Assembly (NCBI GenBank): GCA_964501355.1
Contig: CAZCSM010000009.1
Span: 1-63,108 of the forward strand
Reading direction: 5' to 3'
Length of the DNA: 63,108 nt
Origin: an uncultured Candidatus Saccharibacteria bacterium
GTDB lineage: Bacteria > Patescibacteriota > Dojkabacteria > CAZCSM01
Made by a program: the position numbers and the translations under genes
Notes under the pieces: generated by a model
What the model saw: the letters and a program-made list of their open reading frames with translations, nothing else
Told to the model about the DNA's origin: nothing
Database searches by the model: none
In this document: one piece after another, positions 18,686 to 28,130 of the stretch
Position numbering within the stretch: the first letter of the stretch is position 1
How the letters are laid out: the number at the start of each line of letters is the position of its first letter

Positions 18686-19922
18686 AGGTTAATAACTTGT
18701 TTCTATAAAACTCATATTGCTTTCTCCTCGCCTCCAGCTCAGCAGGAAGACCGATGGAAATGTCGTTAACAAGAGCATCAAATTTATCGAGAATAGCAAC
18801 AATGCGTTCTTGTTCGGCGAGTGGTGGAACTGGAATTTTGATTTTGCCTATTTCACCAAGATTAATTTTTATGGGTGTAGCATTTACAAGTGTTCTTTTA
18901 TATAATTCATTTCGCCCAGTTGAGCTTTCAATAATATATTTTAAATATTTACTAAGTATTTTTTCTTGATTTGGTCTAATTAATGTAAGAGTAACGTAAT
19001 ATGCAAGATCTTCCTCTTCTTTATCAATCACAGAACAAACACCAATAGATCCTATTCTTGTCATAAATACATCATTTAATTTTGGCTTTATCTTGTAAAG
19101 TTTATCGTAATCTTCTTTTGATATATATTTATTAGATTGATATAAGGATTTAATATTCTCAACACTTACAAATTTAACACCTTCAGCTGTATACTTTGGT
19201 GTTTGATGTGTTCCGTCGTAGATACTTGAGACATCCCTCAGCGTTTTCCACTCCAAATCATCCTCAAACGTCAACAACTCATCCCTATACCACTCATACT
19301 GCTTCTTTCTAGCTTCTAACTCAGCTTCTAACTCAGCTTCTAACTCAGCTTCTAACTCAGTAAAACTATCTAAGATTTTGACGATTTCCTCCTGAATGGG
19401 TAGAGGAGGAAGGGGAATTTGGATTTTTGCAAAGCGTTTCTTTGATATGTTGAATCTTGTTACTCCACTTGCCGTCCTCGCAATCTGCTTTCTTACGGGT
19501 TCATCTCTGAACAAATATTTCAAGAACCCGGGTAAAAACAAATCTTTGTCATGTAGACGGAAACCAAAACAAAAGCTATTTAAATACAATAGCTCATCAG
19601 TTTTTTTCGTTAAAACAGATGACATCCCACACTCATCTGGTGTTTCTGATGATCCCGTGAATAAAACATCTCCGTATTCAATCTTATTTTGTTTCTCATT
19701 AGACTTCATTTTTACAAAAACATCGACATCCGTATCAACGGCAATGTTAGAAAAAATATTCATATAGGTAATAAATTTTGCATTGCCGTTGCTAAAATCC
19801 TCTTTACTTTTTCCGGTAAGTCCACCGTAGAAGCCACCAAGTTCCCCAAGCTGTTTAAACTCCACGCCATTTGGGCAAAGTTCGGTGATTAGTTTTTCGA
19901 TTTTGGATCGGTGAGTGGTCAT
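18666..19922 (-). CDS. hsdS: type I restriction enzyme S (specificity) subunit
   Basis: 418 aa with two target-recognition domains separated by conserved helices (PLPPLPIQEEIVKILDSF...ARKKQYEWYRDELLTF and PVPPLAEQERIVAILDKF...ARRKQYEFYRNKLLTF). Confidence 0.9.
   Translation of the reverse strand: MTTHRSKIEKLITELCPNGVEFKQLGELGGFYGGLTGKSKEDFSNGNAKFITYMNIFSNIAVDTDVDVFVKMKSNEKQNKIEYGDVLFTGSSETPDECGMSSVLTKKTDELLYLNSFCFGFRLHDKDLFLPGFLKYLFRDEPVRKQIARTASGVTRFNISKKRFAKIQIPLPPLPIQEEIVKILDSFTELEAELEAELEAELEARKKQYEWYRDELLTFEDDLEWKTLRDVSSIYDGTHQTPKYTAEGVKFVSVENIKSLYQSNKYISKEDYDKLYKIKPKLNDVFMTRIGSIGVCSVIDKEEEDLAYYVTLTLIRPNQEKILSKYLKYIIESSTGRNELYKRTLVNATPIKINLGEIGKIKIPVPPLAEQERIVAILDKFDALVNDISIGLPAELEARRKQYEFYRNKLLTFDEYAD
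19311..19358. repeat. 4 perfect tandem copies of a 12-bp unit (AGCTTCTAACTC) inside hsdS
   Basis: Encodes (LEAE)x4 in the central conserved helix of HsdS. The copies were read directly at 19311-19322, 19323-19334, 19335-19346 and 19347-19358. Confidence 0.9.
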
Positions 19923-21358
19923 GTTAATAATGGGATTAAAGATTCAATTGAAGTTTTTAGTTCTAGATCTGTAAATTTTGTGTTATGCGAATTTTCGGGA
20001 TGATGAATTATATTTCTAATTCTTGTGGGTAATGTTGTATTGTATGTACTAACTGTTCCATCTTCCTTTAAGTGATTATATGTTTGATCTTTTGCGATTC
20101 CTTTGCCCACAAGGTAATCGTCAAAATCTTTAGGTTTGTAATATTTCTCATCTTCAAGAATTGCTTTCTCCTGTACAAACCCATAGAGCTCATTATGAAA
20201 TTCAACAGATAAGACGTCAAAAGCTCGATAGTTAATTTCTCCCCAAGTTGGACTTGATCCTCCAAACATATCTAATTCAAGACCCTCCTTAACCTTGTTA
20301 AAGCGATCTTCTTTTGAAAAAACATTTAGGGAATGGGTCTCTTTTTTATACTTTTTCAATAAATAAGGAGAATGTGTAATGACAAAGATTTGTGATTGTT
20401 GTGAAATCGTTTCAAGTGCATCAAGTAGTTTATTCTGTGCTTGCGGATGCAAAAATGTTTCTGGCTCATCAATGAAAAAGAGGATCGGCTTTGAAATAGG
20501 CTCCCCATTAGACGATGAAATATCTGCGTAAACCTGGATAAGAGAAAGAGCTAAGGCTCTCTGCATTCCAGTTCCCTTTTCAGAACTTCTCGTTTGGATA
20601 CCATGATCAGACATAACAATATTTCCGGATTTCAAAAAGTCTGAAATTTCAGGTAATGTAAAGTTAAATTTTACTTCAGTGTCTCCATACTGTTCTGATA
20701 ATTTACCCTGAATCTTCTCTTCAATTGGCTTCAGATGATCAGCAATTTCATCAAAGGTATCTTTGTGGGATTTTTGAAATTCTTTCCAACTATCTGCGAC
20801 ATTGTTACTAATGATTGTATTAATTATTTTTCCGCAAATCTTTGTTTTGGAAAAATCAGCAATGTCTCCTGAATCCGTATCGGCCCAAACAAACTGTGCA
20901 TCAAATAAAGCTGTTATCGTATTGTCAATTCCCGTGGGATTTTCAAATTGCGCTGTTGTGGGGTTAAAAATTCGAACATTTTTAATGGAGAGAACTTTCT
21001 CTTTCCCCTTCTGCATAATCTTTGTCTCCTCACTAGAACGCATGAGTCTCAAGCTTTTCCCACCATTATCATTGATGATATATGGTTTGTATTTCTTTAA
21101 TGCATCTATCTCAAGAATTAGTTCAAGATCATCTCCTTCAAATTCAATTTCAACTGAAACAGTATCTTCTTCACTAGCAGTTTTTATAATTACTTCATCT
21201 CTTGTTCTTTTTGTTTGTATAAAATCAATTGCTTGGAAAATAGATGATTTCCCACAGTTATTATCACCGACAAAGAAATTAACACCTTTGTCAAAGATAA
21301 GTTCATGATCGCCTTTAAAGCCTTTGAAGTTGTGTAGTTTGATCTTTGATATGTACAT
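19919..21358 (-). CDS. ABC/OLD-type (AAA_15/AAA_21-like) ATPase with a C-terminal HEPN-like module, embedded in the type I R-M operon
   Basis: 479 aa from ATG 21358 (MYISKIKLHNFKGF). Walker A GDNNCGKSS, signature-like SEKGTGMQRALALSL, Walker B ILFFIDEPETFLHP, VITHSP. The C-terminal ~140 aa carry TRIRNIIHHPEN (R-N-x3-H). The stop overlaps the hsdS ATG (ATGA). Confidence 0.8.
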   Translation of the reverse strand: MYISKIKLHNFKGFKGDHELIFDKGVNFFVGDNNCGKSSIFQAIDFIQTKRTRDEVIIKTASEEDTVSVEIEFEGDDLELILEIDALKKYKPYIINDNGGKSLRLMRSSEETKIMQKGKEKVLSIKNVRIFNPTTAQFENPTGIDNTITALFDAQFVWADTDSGDIADFSKTKICGKIINTIISNNVADSWKEFQKSHKDTFDEIADHLKPIEEKIQGKLSEQYGDTEVKFNFTLPEISDFLKSGNIVMSDHGIQTRSSEKGTGMQRALALSLIQVYADISSSNGEPISKPILFFIDEPETFLHPQAQNKLLDALETISQQSQIFVITHSPYLLKKYKKETHSLNVFSKEDRFNKVKEGLELDMFGGSSPTWGEINYRAFDVLSVEFHNELYGFVQEKAILEDEKYYKPKDFDDYLVGKGIAKDQTYNHLKEDGTVSTYNTTLPTRIRNIIHHPENSHNTKFTDLELKTSIESLIPLLT

Positions 21359-21359
21359 T

Positions 21360-22964
21360 TTATTCCTCCCCTTCAATATCCTTCACTATCTCATCAATCG
21401 CTGTCCTCAGCTCATTTTGCCTTGCAACGATTTCTTCTATTTCTGCATTAAGCTCCGTAATATCCACAACCTCGCGAGTATCCTCTGCCACTACATAACT
21501 CGAAACAGCAATATTGTAATCATTCTCAGCAATATCCTTACTATCTACAAGTTTTGCAAAGTATTCAGCATCTTCACGATCGGTAAACGCTTCCAAAATC
21601 TTCTTGCGATTTGCCTCACTCAGCTTATTCTTATTTCCACCACGAACAAATTCTGCAGAAGCATCAATAAAGAGAACTTTATTATCACTTTTACTCTTCT
21701 TCAAAACGATAATACAAGTCGCAATCGACGTTCCAAAAAATAGATCCGGTGGTAATTGAATAACAGTATCAACATAGTTGTTATCAACCAAATACTTACG
21801 AATCTTAGCTTCTGCACCGCCACGATAAAGAACACCCGGAAATTCAACAATAGCAGCAGTTCCACTTGTAGAAAGCCAAGATAGCATATGCATAGTAAAC
21901 GCCAAGTCCGCTTTACTCTTAGGAGCAAGTACTCCGGCAGGAGAAAAGCGAGGATCGTTTATGAGAAGAGGATTTGCATCACCTTCCCATTTGATAGAAT
22001 ACGGAGGATTGGAAACAATCGCATCAAAAGGTTCGTCATCCCAATGCTTTGGGTCAATTAGAGTATCTCCATGAGCAATATCAAAATTGTTGTAGTTGAT
22101 GTCGTGTAGGAACATATTAATACGACACAGGTTGTACGTTGTTAGATTAATCTCTTGACCGAAAAACCCTTGTCGAACATTTTCTCTACCAAGAACCTTT
22201 GCAAATTTAAGAAGTAGCGAACCGGAACCACAAGCCGGGTCATATACTTTATTCACTTCTTTTTTACCAACAGTAGTAATTTCTGCGAGTAGCTCACTAA
22301 CTTCTTGGGGCGTATAGAATTCACCTCCAGATTTCCCTGCACTCGAAGCGTACATCGTCATAAGAAACTCGTAAGCATCACCGAAAGCATCAATCGTATT
22401 ATCTGCGTAATCACCAAGACGAAGGTTCCCAATACTTTCCAAAAGCTTTGCTAGAGTTTGATTTCTTTTCTCTACCGTGCTTCCTAATTTGTTCGAATTT
22501 ACATCCAGATCATCAAACAGACCTTTCAGGTCGTCCTCACTACTTGAACCCTTAGCTGAGTTCTCAATATTATCAAAAACCGTAGAAAGAGTTTCGTTCA
22601 GATTAGCATCATCACGAGCACCTTTTAGAACATTTACGAAAAGTTCGCTTGGGAGAATATAGAAACCCTTTTCTTTGATAGTATCGGCTCGGCCTAACTC
22701 AGCGTCTTTGTCAGAAATTGTTGAGTAATCAAAATTCTTGTTACCAGAACGACGCTCGTCTTCATTAATGTAACTCGTTAAATTTTCACTAATGAATCGG
22801 TAAAAAAGCATACCGAGAACGTATTGCTTAAAGTCCCATCCATCAACACTTCCCCTTAAGTCATTAGCTATTTGCCAAATAGTGCGGTGTAGCTCCGCCC
22901 GTTCTTGTTCTTTAGTTGATCCACTCATGCTTATAGACAATTTCATATTAATTGACTTATACAT
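21360..22964 (-). CDS. hsdM: type I restriction enzyme M subunit (N6-adenine DNA methyltransferase)
   Basis: HsdM N-terminal domain (LHRTIWQIANDLRGSVDGWDFKQYVLGMLFYRFISE), SAM motif VYDPACGSGSLL, catalytic NPPY (VSNPPYSIKW). The start is ambiguous (ATGs at 22964, 22946 and 22928). Confidence 0.95.
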   Translation of the reverse strand: MYKSINMKLSISMSGSTKEQERAELHRTIWQIANDLRGSVDGWDFKQYVLGMLFYRFISENLTSYINEDERRSGNKNFDYSTISDKDAELGRADTIKEKGFYILPSELFVNVLKGARDDANLNETLSTVFDNIENSAKGSSSEDDLKGLFDDLDVNSNKLGSTVEKRNQTLAKLLESIGNLRLGDYADNTIDAFGDAYEFLMTMYASSAGKSGGEFYTPQEVSELLAEITTVGKKEVNKVYDPACGSGSLLLKFAKVLGRENVRQGFFGQEINLTTYNLCRINMFLHDINYNNFDIAHGDTLIDPKHWDDEPFDAIVSNPPYSIKWEGDANPLLINDPRFSPAGVLAPKSKADLAFTMHMLSWLSTSGTAAIVEFPGVLYRGGAEAKIRKYLVDNNYVDTVIQLPPDLFFGTSIATCIIVLKKSKSDNKVLFIDASAEFVRGGNKNKLSEANRKKILEAFTDREDAEYFAKLVDSKDIAENDYNIAVSSYVVAEDTREVVDITELNAEIEEIVARQNELRTAIDEIVKDIEGEE

Positions 22965-22996
22965 TCTACCACTAAATCTCTCTCTTGTTCAGACGA

Positions 22997-23875
22997 TTAT
23001 TTTTTAATAAACTCACACACCTCACCTATCGCCTTCTCCGCTTCGGGTATTGGGAAAATGCACCAATCATGTGGCATTCCTTCATACTCATAAAACCTCA
23101 TCCTCGCAGAAACATTCTCCGCCCTCGACTTCAACACCATACAATCCGGCCCAATTAGCTCATGAGAACTATAGAAAACAGCCGTTTCAGGAAGATTAAC
23201 CAGATCACCATTAATCGGAGAAAGCAGGAAATGGCTCAGATCATCACCACCCGAATACGCCTTTGCAGAAGGACGCAGCAAATCAAAAGATAACATAAGA
23301 TCCAAATGTGCAATCTCTTCCATCATCGGATTAGAAACCGTCAAATCCAGCCAAGGGGAAAGAAGAACAATCTTCTCGGGCAGAACAGCGTGATTATTAG
23401 CAAACAGACTTTGCGCAAAAGCCAACGCCAAACCACCACCCGCAGAATCACCCATTAAAACAAATCGATCATCGGGAAACTGCTCAGTCAATAAATCATA
23501 AGACTTACCAACCATAGCAAACGTATCCTTGTAGTTGTGCTCAGGAGCAAGCGGATAATCAACCACCGAAATTCGACAGGATAACTTCGAAAGGAATTTC
23601 TTCAATAAAAACCAATGAGGCATTAACATTTCAAAAACGAAAGAACCACCGTGGAAAAACACAATGTGAAATCGAGGATTATCATTACGATTCTCAATAG
23701 TCGCAAGAGATTTCGAATCAACAATCTGAGTTCTTGTTTTACACGAATTAAGAATCCATTTGGGGACAAAGTCTTTTGTAGTTCGAGACGGCTTCATAAA
23801 CATACTAACGTTTAACTTCCGAGCTCGAATCAATTGAATTGAGTGTCGCAGAATCTTTGCTTGCTTACTAATCAT
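22997..23875 (-). CDS. alpha/beta hydrolase (esterase/lipase, hormone-sensitive-lipase-like fold-3 family)
   Basis: Oxyanion-hole motif HGGSF, nucleophile elbow GDSAGG and a C-terminal His context (MPHDW). Confidence 0.75.
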   Translation of the reverse strand: MISKQAKILRHSIQLIRARKLNVSMFMKPSRTTKDFVPKWILNSCKTRTQIVDSKSLATIENRNDNPRFHIVFFHGGSFVFEMLMPHWFLLKKFLSKLSCRISVVDYPLAPEHNYKDTFAMVGKSYDLLTEQFPDDRFVLMGDSAGGGLALAFAQSLFANNHAVLPEKIVLLSPWLDLTVSNPMMEEIAHLDLMLSFDLLRPSAKAYSGGDDLSHFLLSPINGDLVNLPETAVFYSSHELIGPDCMVLKSRAENVSARMRFYEYEGMPHDWCIFPIPEAEKAIGEVCEFIKK

Positions 23876-23966
23876 GAGTACATGATACAGGCTTTTGGAG
23901 TAAATTCCAGAGGAATGAACCCAGTTTATGAACTAGTGTTCAGATTAAGAAGGAACAGTCAATAAC

Positions 23967-24152
23967 TTATCCTCGAATATAACTTCTTGCTTGTTCAGAA
24001 GATTTCAAGAAATATTCAATCTGTTCGAAAACTTCCATCCCGTTATCGACAACGTATTCCTTGCTGCCTGCAGATTTTCCATCAACCTGAAGAGCCAACT
24101 TGTACTTGCCGGATCTGTTCTTACTAATTGATAAATTGACCATGATTACCAC
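23967..24152 (-). CDS. small hypothetical protein
   Basis: 61-aa ORF with non-repetitive, protein-like composition. No recognisable motif. Confidence 0.3.
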   Translation of the reverse strand: MVIMVNLSISKNRSGKYKLALQVDGKSAGSKEYVVDNGMEVFEQIEYFLKSSEQARSYIRG

Positions 24153-24421
24153 CTTTATGCTAAATCACATTTACCAAACGGTATTTGTGGCAAAGAAGAA
24201 ATTTCTTTGCTAAAATAAAAGCCGAGGGAAGGAATCCAAAAGGAAACCAACCTTCACCTATCAAACTAGTCAGTCGGTCGTCGAAAATCAGCTGGCTAGT
24301 TTTGTTTATTGTAAGTAAATTATAGTCTTTTAATAAAATGCCCGTCTAGGGGTGACAGTTAATATTCTCCATAATTAATAAATGTTAATTATGTTGACTA
24401 TATAGCATACTATATTCTATA

Positions 24422-25258
24422 ATGAATGTGTCCGATACATATGACACCAATATTATGGCTAGAAAAAAGGACCTGACAGACGTTACAAGTTACCTATTAA
24501 ACCTTGGAATCTCACATACCGAGTCTGAGTTATACATCAAGCTTTTGGAGCTTGGGGCCGTAACAATTTCCGGACTTTCTAAAATAGCACAGATTCCACG
24601 AACCACCGTATATGCAAACATAGACAAGCTTATTAACCGAGGTTTGGTCTATCAAAGCACGAAAAATAATCGAAAGTATTTGGTTGCAGAGTCTCCTCAT
24701 AAGTTGAAATTGATAATAGAGTCCATGAAACTTGAGGTGGAGGAAGAGAAAAGAAATGTCAGTTATCTAGATGAAAATTTTGGCGACTTCTTACAAAACG
24801 TAGAAAGCAGACTTCCTGTAGCTGCAAATGACTCAAAGGTTTGCGTAAAATATTACGAAGGGAAAAATGGTGCTCAACTTATCTATCGAGAGGCATTTGA
24901 ATCAAAAGAGGTAAGATCGTATGTTAACCTGTCATCCGTATATAAATTTTTGCCACAAAACGAATCGATTTATTTAGATTCGCAGAGAACAGTCAGGTCA
25001 ACAATCGTTAAGGAGATTATTGATGACTCACAGGAATCATTCGAGATAGCCACAAAGTTTGCAAAGAAAACAAATTTCAAGTTTAAGAGGACAAATTCCG
25101 GAATTATCGTTCCGAGGATTGATATTCTAATCTATGACGGCTGCGTTGCCATGATTAACTTTAGTGACACTATCACTGGAAGCGTCATGATCAATGATGA
25201 ATATTATCAACACCAGAAGGAGCACTTTGATATGACCTGGGAACAGCTAGAGAAATAA
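24422..25258 (+). CDS. TrmB-family transcriptional regulator
   Basis: N-terminal winged HTH typical of TrmB (LLNLGISHTESELYIKLLELGAVTISGLSKIAQIPRTTVYANIDKLINRGLV). Alternative start at 24455. Confidence 0.7.
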   Translation: MNVSDTYDTNIMARKKDLTDVTSYLLNLGISHTESELYIKLLELGAVTISGLSKIAQIPRTTVYANIDKLINRGLVYQSTKNNRKYLVAESPHKLKLIIESMKLEVEEEKRNVSYLDENFGDFLQNVESRLPVAANDSKVCVKYYEGKNGAQLIYREAFESKEVRSYVNLSSVYKFLPQNESIYLDSQRTVRSTIVKEIIDDSQESFEIATKFAKKTNFKFKRTNSGIIVPRIDILIYDGCVAMINFSDTITGSVMINDEYYQHQKEHFDMTWEQLEK

Positions 25259-25262
25259 TTAT

Positions 25263-26045
25263 CTATTTCTCACCGTAGTAGAGTTGGTGAAGAGGTGACT
25301 TGAGTTCATCTATCAACTCAACACCTCGATTTAATTTCAACGCAGAAGAAGATCTTCGCAAGACATCACCGACAATACCGGGCAAATTGTCTTTGAGATC
25401 AATTGCCGCAATATTCTTAAAGCCTGCATTTGCCATATATGATGCCAAGGTTTTTTCAGTTCTAGCATAATCTTCTAGCAACACTTCGTCCCCGGTATTC
25501 GTGACGAGAATATTCTCAAAAGGTGCACCATCAACGTACCCACTCTCGCCAAGCTTCAACCGATAACTTACGAAATGATTTTTTGGATTAAATGCATTTG
25601 GATGTAGGCCCAGAAGAATAATCTTACCGCCTTCTTCAAGAACCCTATAAGACTTCTGAATCAAAGCTTCAACTATTTCGGCATCTTGAATCACAGGATG
25701 AACAAAGGGAACAAGAACGGCGTGATATTTCTGACCGTTCGGGGTCAAAGGATACTCATCACCGTTGTTTACTTCGTAGAATGACAATCCTTCAACATTT
25801 CCATATCTTTCCTTTGCGGATTGAACAAATTGTGGATTAATATCTATACCGACGACCTCTTTCGCCCAGTGTTTTAGTTCTCTTGCTCGATCACCAAGAA
25901 AAGAGCCTACTTCAAGAACACGCTTTCCTTGAACATTCGCAAGCGCAAACATTGCTGCATATGCAGGTAAATCACTATGCAAAATATCTCTTGTAATTTT
26001 TAAGTATTCAAGAGCCTTTTCGGTTTGCCAGTACTTGGTATTCAA
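25263..26045 (-). CDS. class I SAM-dependent methyltransferase
   Basis: Motif I VLEVGSFLGDRA and post-I VVGIDIN. TTG start in the track. Confidence 0.7.
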   Translation of the reverse strand: MNTKYWQTEKALEYLKITRDILHSDLPAYAAMFALANVQGKRVLEVGSFLGDRARELKHWAKEVVGIDINPQFVQSAKERYGNVEGLSFYEVNNGDEYPLTPNGQKYHAVLVPFVHPVIQDAEIVEALIQKSYRVLEEGGKIILLGLHPNAFNPKNHFVSYRLKLGESGYVDGAPFENILVTNTGDEVLLEDYARTEKTLASYMANAGFKNIAAIDLKDNLPGIVGDVLRRSSSALKLNRGVELIDELKSPLHQLYYGEK

Positions 26046-26283
26046 AGGTGTGCAAGGTTTTTATTAATTAGTAGGCAGCATTGTACCACAATATGCGGGA
26101 AAAGCATATATTACCTAGATATTGCCTCCGAGCAAAAGTGTATCAAGAATCTCTGACTACATCTATCTTATCCTAGATAAATGAATAAGTCACACCTAAT
26201 TGAACATTCTGTTCTATAAAACAAATAATCTTGTTAGGAATTCTATTCATCTATAAGTCTTTTACTCGATCAGCTAGAGATTT

Positions 26284-26311
26284 TTGAATAATCTCACAAC
26301 AGATGTATAAT
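26284..26311 (+). promoter_or_regulatory. possible sigma-70-like promoter upstream of the M20-like peptidase gene
   Basis: TTGAAT (26284-26289), 16-nt spacer, TATAAT (26306-26311), about 35 nt before ATG 26346. Confidence 0.3.
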
Positions 26312-26345
26312 GACATTTCTAGAATAATTTATAAATTCTTAATGA

Positions 26346-27992
26346 ATGGGCACCACTGGTGTTGGAAGAGATTCCTATGCAAGAGCAATAGGTCAATTTA
26401 TCGAAATGAATTTAGAGCTCGGTGATCAAGAAAAAGAAACCCTACAAATTCTCGTTGATTTGCATTCTATACAAAATGATCCTAGTACAAGAATGGTTGA
26501 AGGTAGTGAGATCTCGGGATCTTTGATGAAGGCACGATATATCGAGGAAAAAGCAAAGTCGATACTGAACGATCGTGAAGATTGCAAAGATATCTCCATA
26601 GAACTTGTTGAAGCAGTCGATCCTATTACGGGGTCAACAACTTACAATGTTGTTATCACACTATCAAGCAACACTCTTGGTCCAGTTGTCGATGTAATGG
26701 CTCATCATGATACCATTGATGCAAGAGATTATAGTTTATCAATATTAGATGAGAATGATGAATATGTATTATTTGGAAGAACACTGCAGGACGACACTAT
26801 TCATGCGGCAGCATTGCTCGCAGCACTAAAATATCTTAGTGTTCCTGACTCCGGCGCGATTAGGCTGGTATTTACCGATTATGAAGAGAATGGATGTCGC
26901 GGAAGTTCAGCTTTGATAGAGAAACTTTTAACAGGGATACCTGAAAGTGGTCAATATGCGGTAGTAGCCTTGGAATCAACAATGGGGAATTTGGCGTATG
27001 GACACCGTGGCAAATTCAGCGCATTTGCAGAATCCATATTTAGCATGAATCCGCAATCAGCATACATAGATTGGTATGAGAGATTAGCTTGGATTCAACG
27101 TGAATTAAACAGAAATAGCGGAACTAGCAAACTAGGAAAAACCGTTGGCACATCAACATTTGGAACAATTGGAAACGGGAAACTTTTTGCCAGATTGGAT
27201 TTTCGAACTAACTCAGTAATGACTCCGAAACTCGTTGAAGAAAAATGGAAGATTGCAATATCGGAAGAACGAAATTTCGATCCAGACATTCTGATTCATG
27301 CAAAAAGATCAATTAAAAATCATGAGTATGATATTAAAATATCTGACGATACAATAACCATCAAATCCGGAAATATTCCTACACATCCATCCGCATTCAA
27401 TCCAGAGGATGATGGAACCGTTATGCCAGTAATTTACCTGTTACTGCACTGCATGTGTGGTGAAATCGACACAATTACATGGGGAGATCGGAAGAGGCAA
27501 AATTCAAATCCGATGATAGGCACAGTTAAGTTCAAACAAACGCTACCTGCTGACTTAACTTCAGAAAATTTAATGAAGAAAATGAAATCTGCTGTCGGAT
27601 TTGGTGAATCAGCACAACAATCATCATTACAAATTGGTTTGAATCACGTGGATAAAAGTGCTTGTGTAGAAACCAACCTGATTGATGGTGTTTTCAATAA
27701 TATTCATAATGAATTTAATCGTTCGTTAGATTTGCCGTTTAATCACATTGCCAAACCAGTAACCGTTAATTATATGACGGACGCGGCAAGAATTTTCAAT
27801 TGTGCATTGAAAAAAGGTATCCGAACATACGGTATGGTTTTTGGCGTTGGTGATCCAAAATATCTTCACAAAACTGAAAATGATGTGAGGCAAAATGAAA
27901 GATTGTCATCGAAGGATGTTATTCTAGCGACAAAAGGTTTGATACTTTTACCGCAAATCATTCACAGAGAACTTATAAATAGGAAGTCCTAG
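26346..27992 (+). CDS. divergent M20/M28-like metallopeptidase family protein
   Basis: 548 aa with metal-ligand-like strings VMAHHDTID and FTDYEENGCRGS (HxD ... EE). Otherwise divergent. Confidence 0.45.
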   Translation: MGTTGVGRDSYARAIGQFIEMNLELGDQEKETLQILVDLHSIQNDPSTRMVEGSEISGSLMKARYIEEKAKSILNDREDCKDISIELVEAVDPITGSTTYNVVITLSSNTLGPVVDVMAHHDTIDARDYSLSILDENDEYVLFGRTLQDDTIHAAALLAALKYLSVPDSGAIRLVFTDYEENGCRGSSALIEKLLTGIPESGQYAVVALESTMGNLAYGHRGKFSAFAESIFSMNPQSAYIDWYERLAWIQRELNRNSGTSKLGKTVGTSTFGTIGNGKLFARLDFRTNSVMTPKLVEEKWKIAISEERNFDPDILIHAKRSIKNHEYDIKISDDTITIKSGNIPTHPSAFNPEDDGTVMPVIYLLLHCMCGEIDTITWGDRKRQNSNPMIGTVKFKQTLPADLTSENLMKKMKSAVGFGESAQQSSLQIGLNHVDKSACVETNLIDGVFNNIHNEFNRSLDLPFNHIAKPVTVNYMTDAARIFNCALKKGIRTYGMVFGVGDPKYLHKTENDVRQNERLSSKDVILATKGLILLPQIIHRELINRKS

Positions 27993-28005
27993 AATATCAG
28001 TTTTT

Positions 28006-28079
28006 TGGTTGGGGAACTAGGATTCGAACCTAGATTGAAGGCTTCAAAGGCCTCTGTCCTACCATTAGACGATTCCCCA
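28006..28079 (-). tRNA. tRNA-Gln (anticodon UUG), CCA encoded
   Basis: Reverse complement: TGGGGAATCGTCTAATGGTAGGACAGAGGCCTTTGAAGCCTTCAATCTAGGTTCGAATCCTAGTTCCCCAACCA. It folds into a cloverleaf with a 7-bp acceptor stem, anticodon loop CUUUGAA, T-loop TTCGAAT and a UGGGG 5' end typical of bacterial tRNA-Gln. Confidence 0.9.
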
Positions 28080-28130
28080 TTTAATTGTATGAAGCGAATG
28101 TATTATACTGATTAATTAACTTTTCTTCAA

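Noticed and set aside
20802-21743. 168-aa and 139-aa plus-strand ORFs opposite the ATPase and hsdM genes
   Set aside because: They are antisense to strongly supported genes, hydrophobic or low-complexity, and lack motifs.
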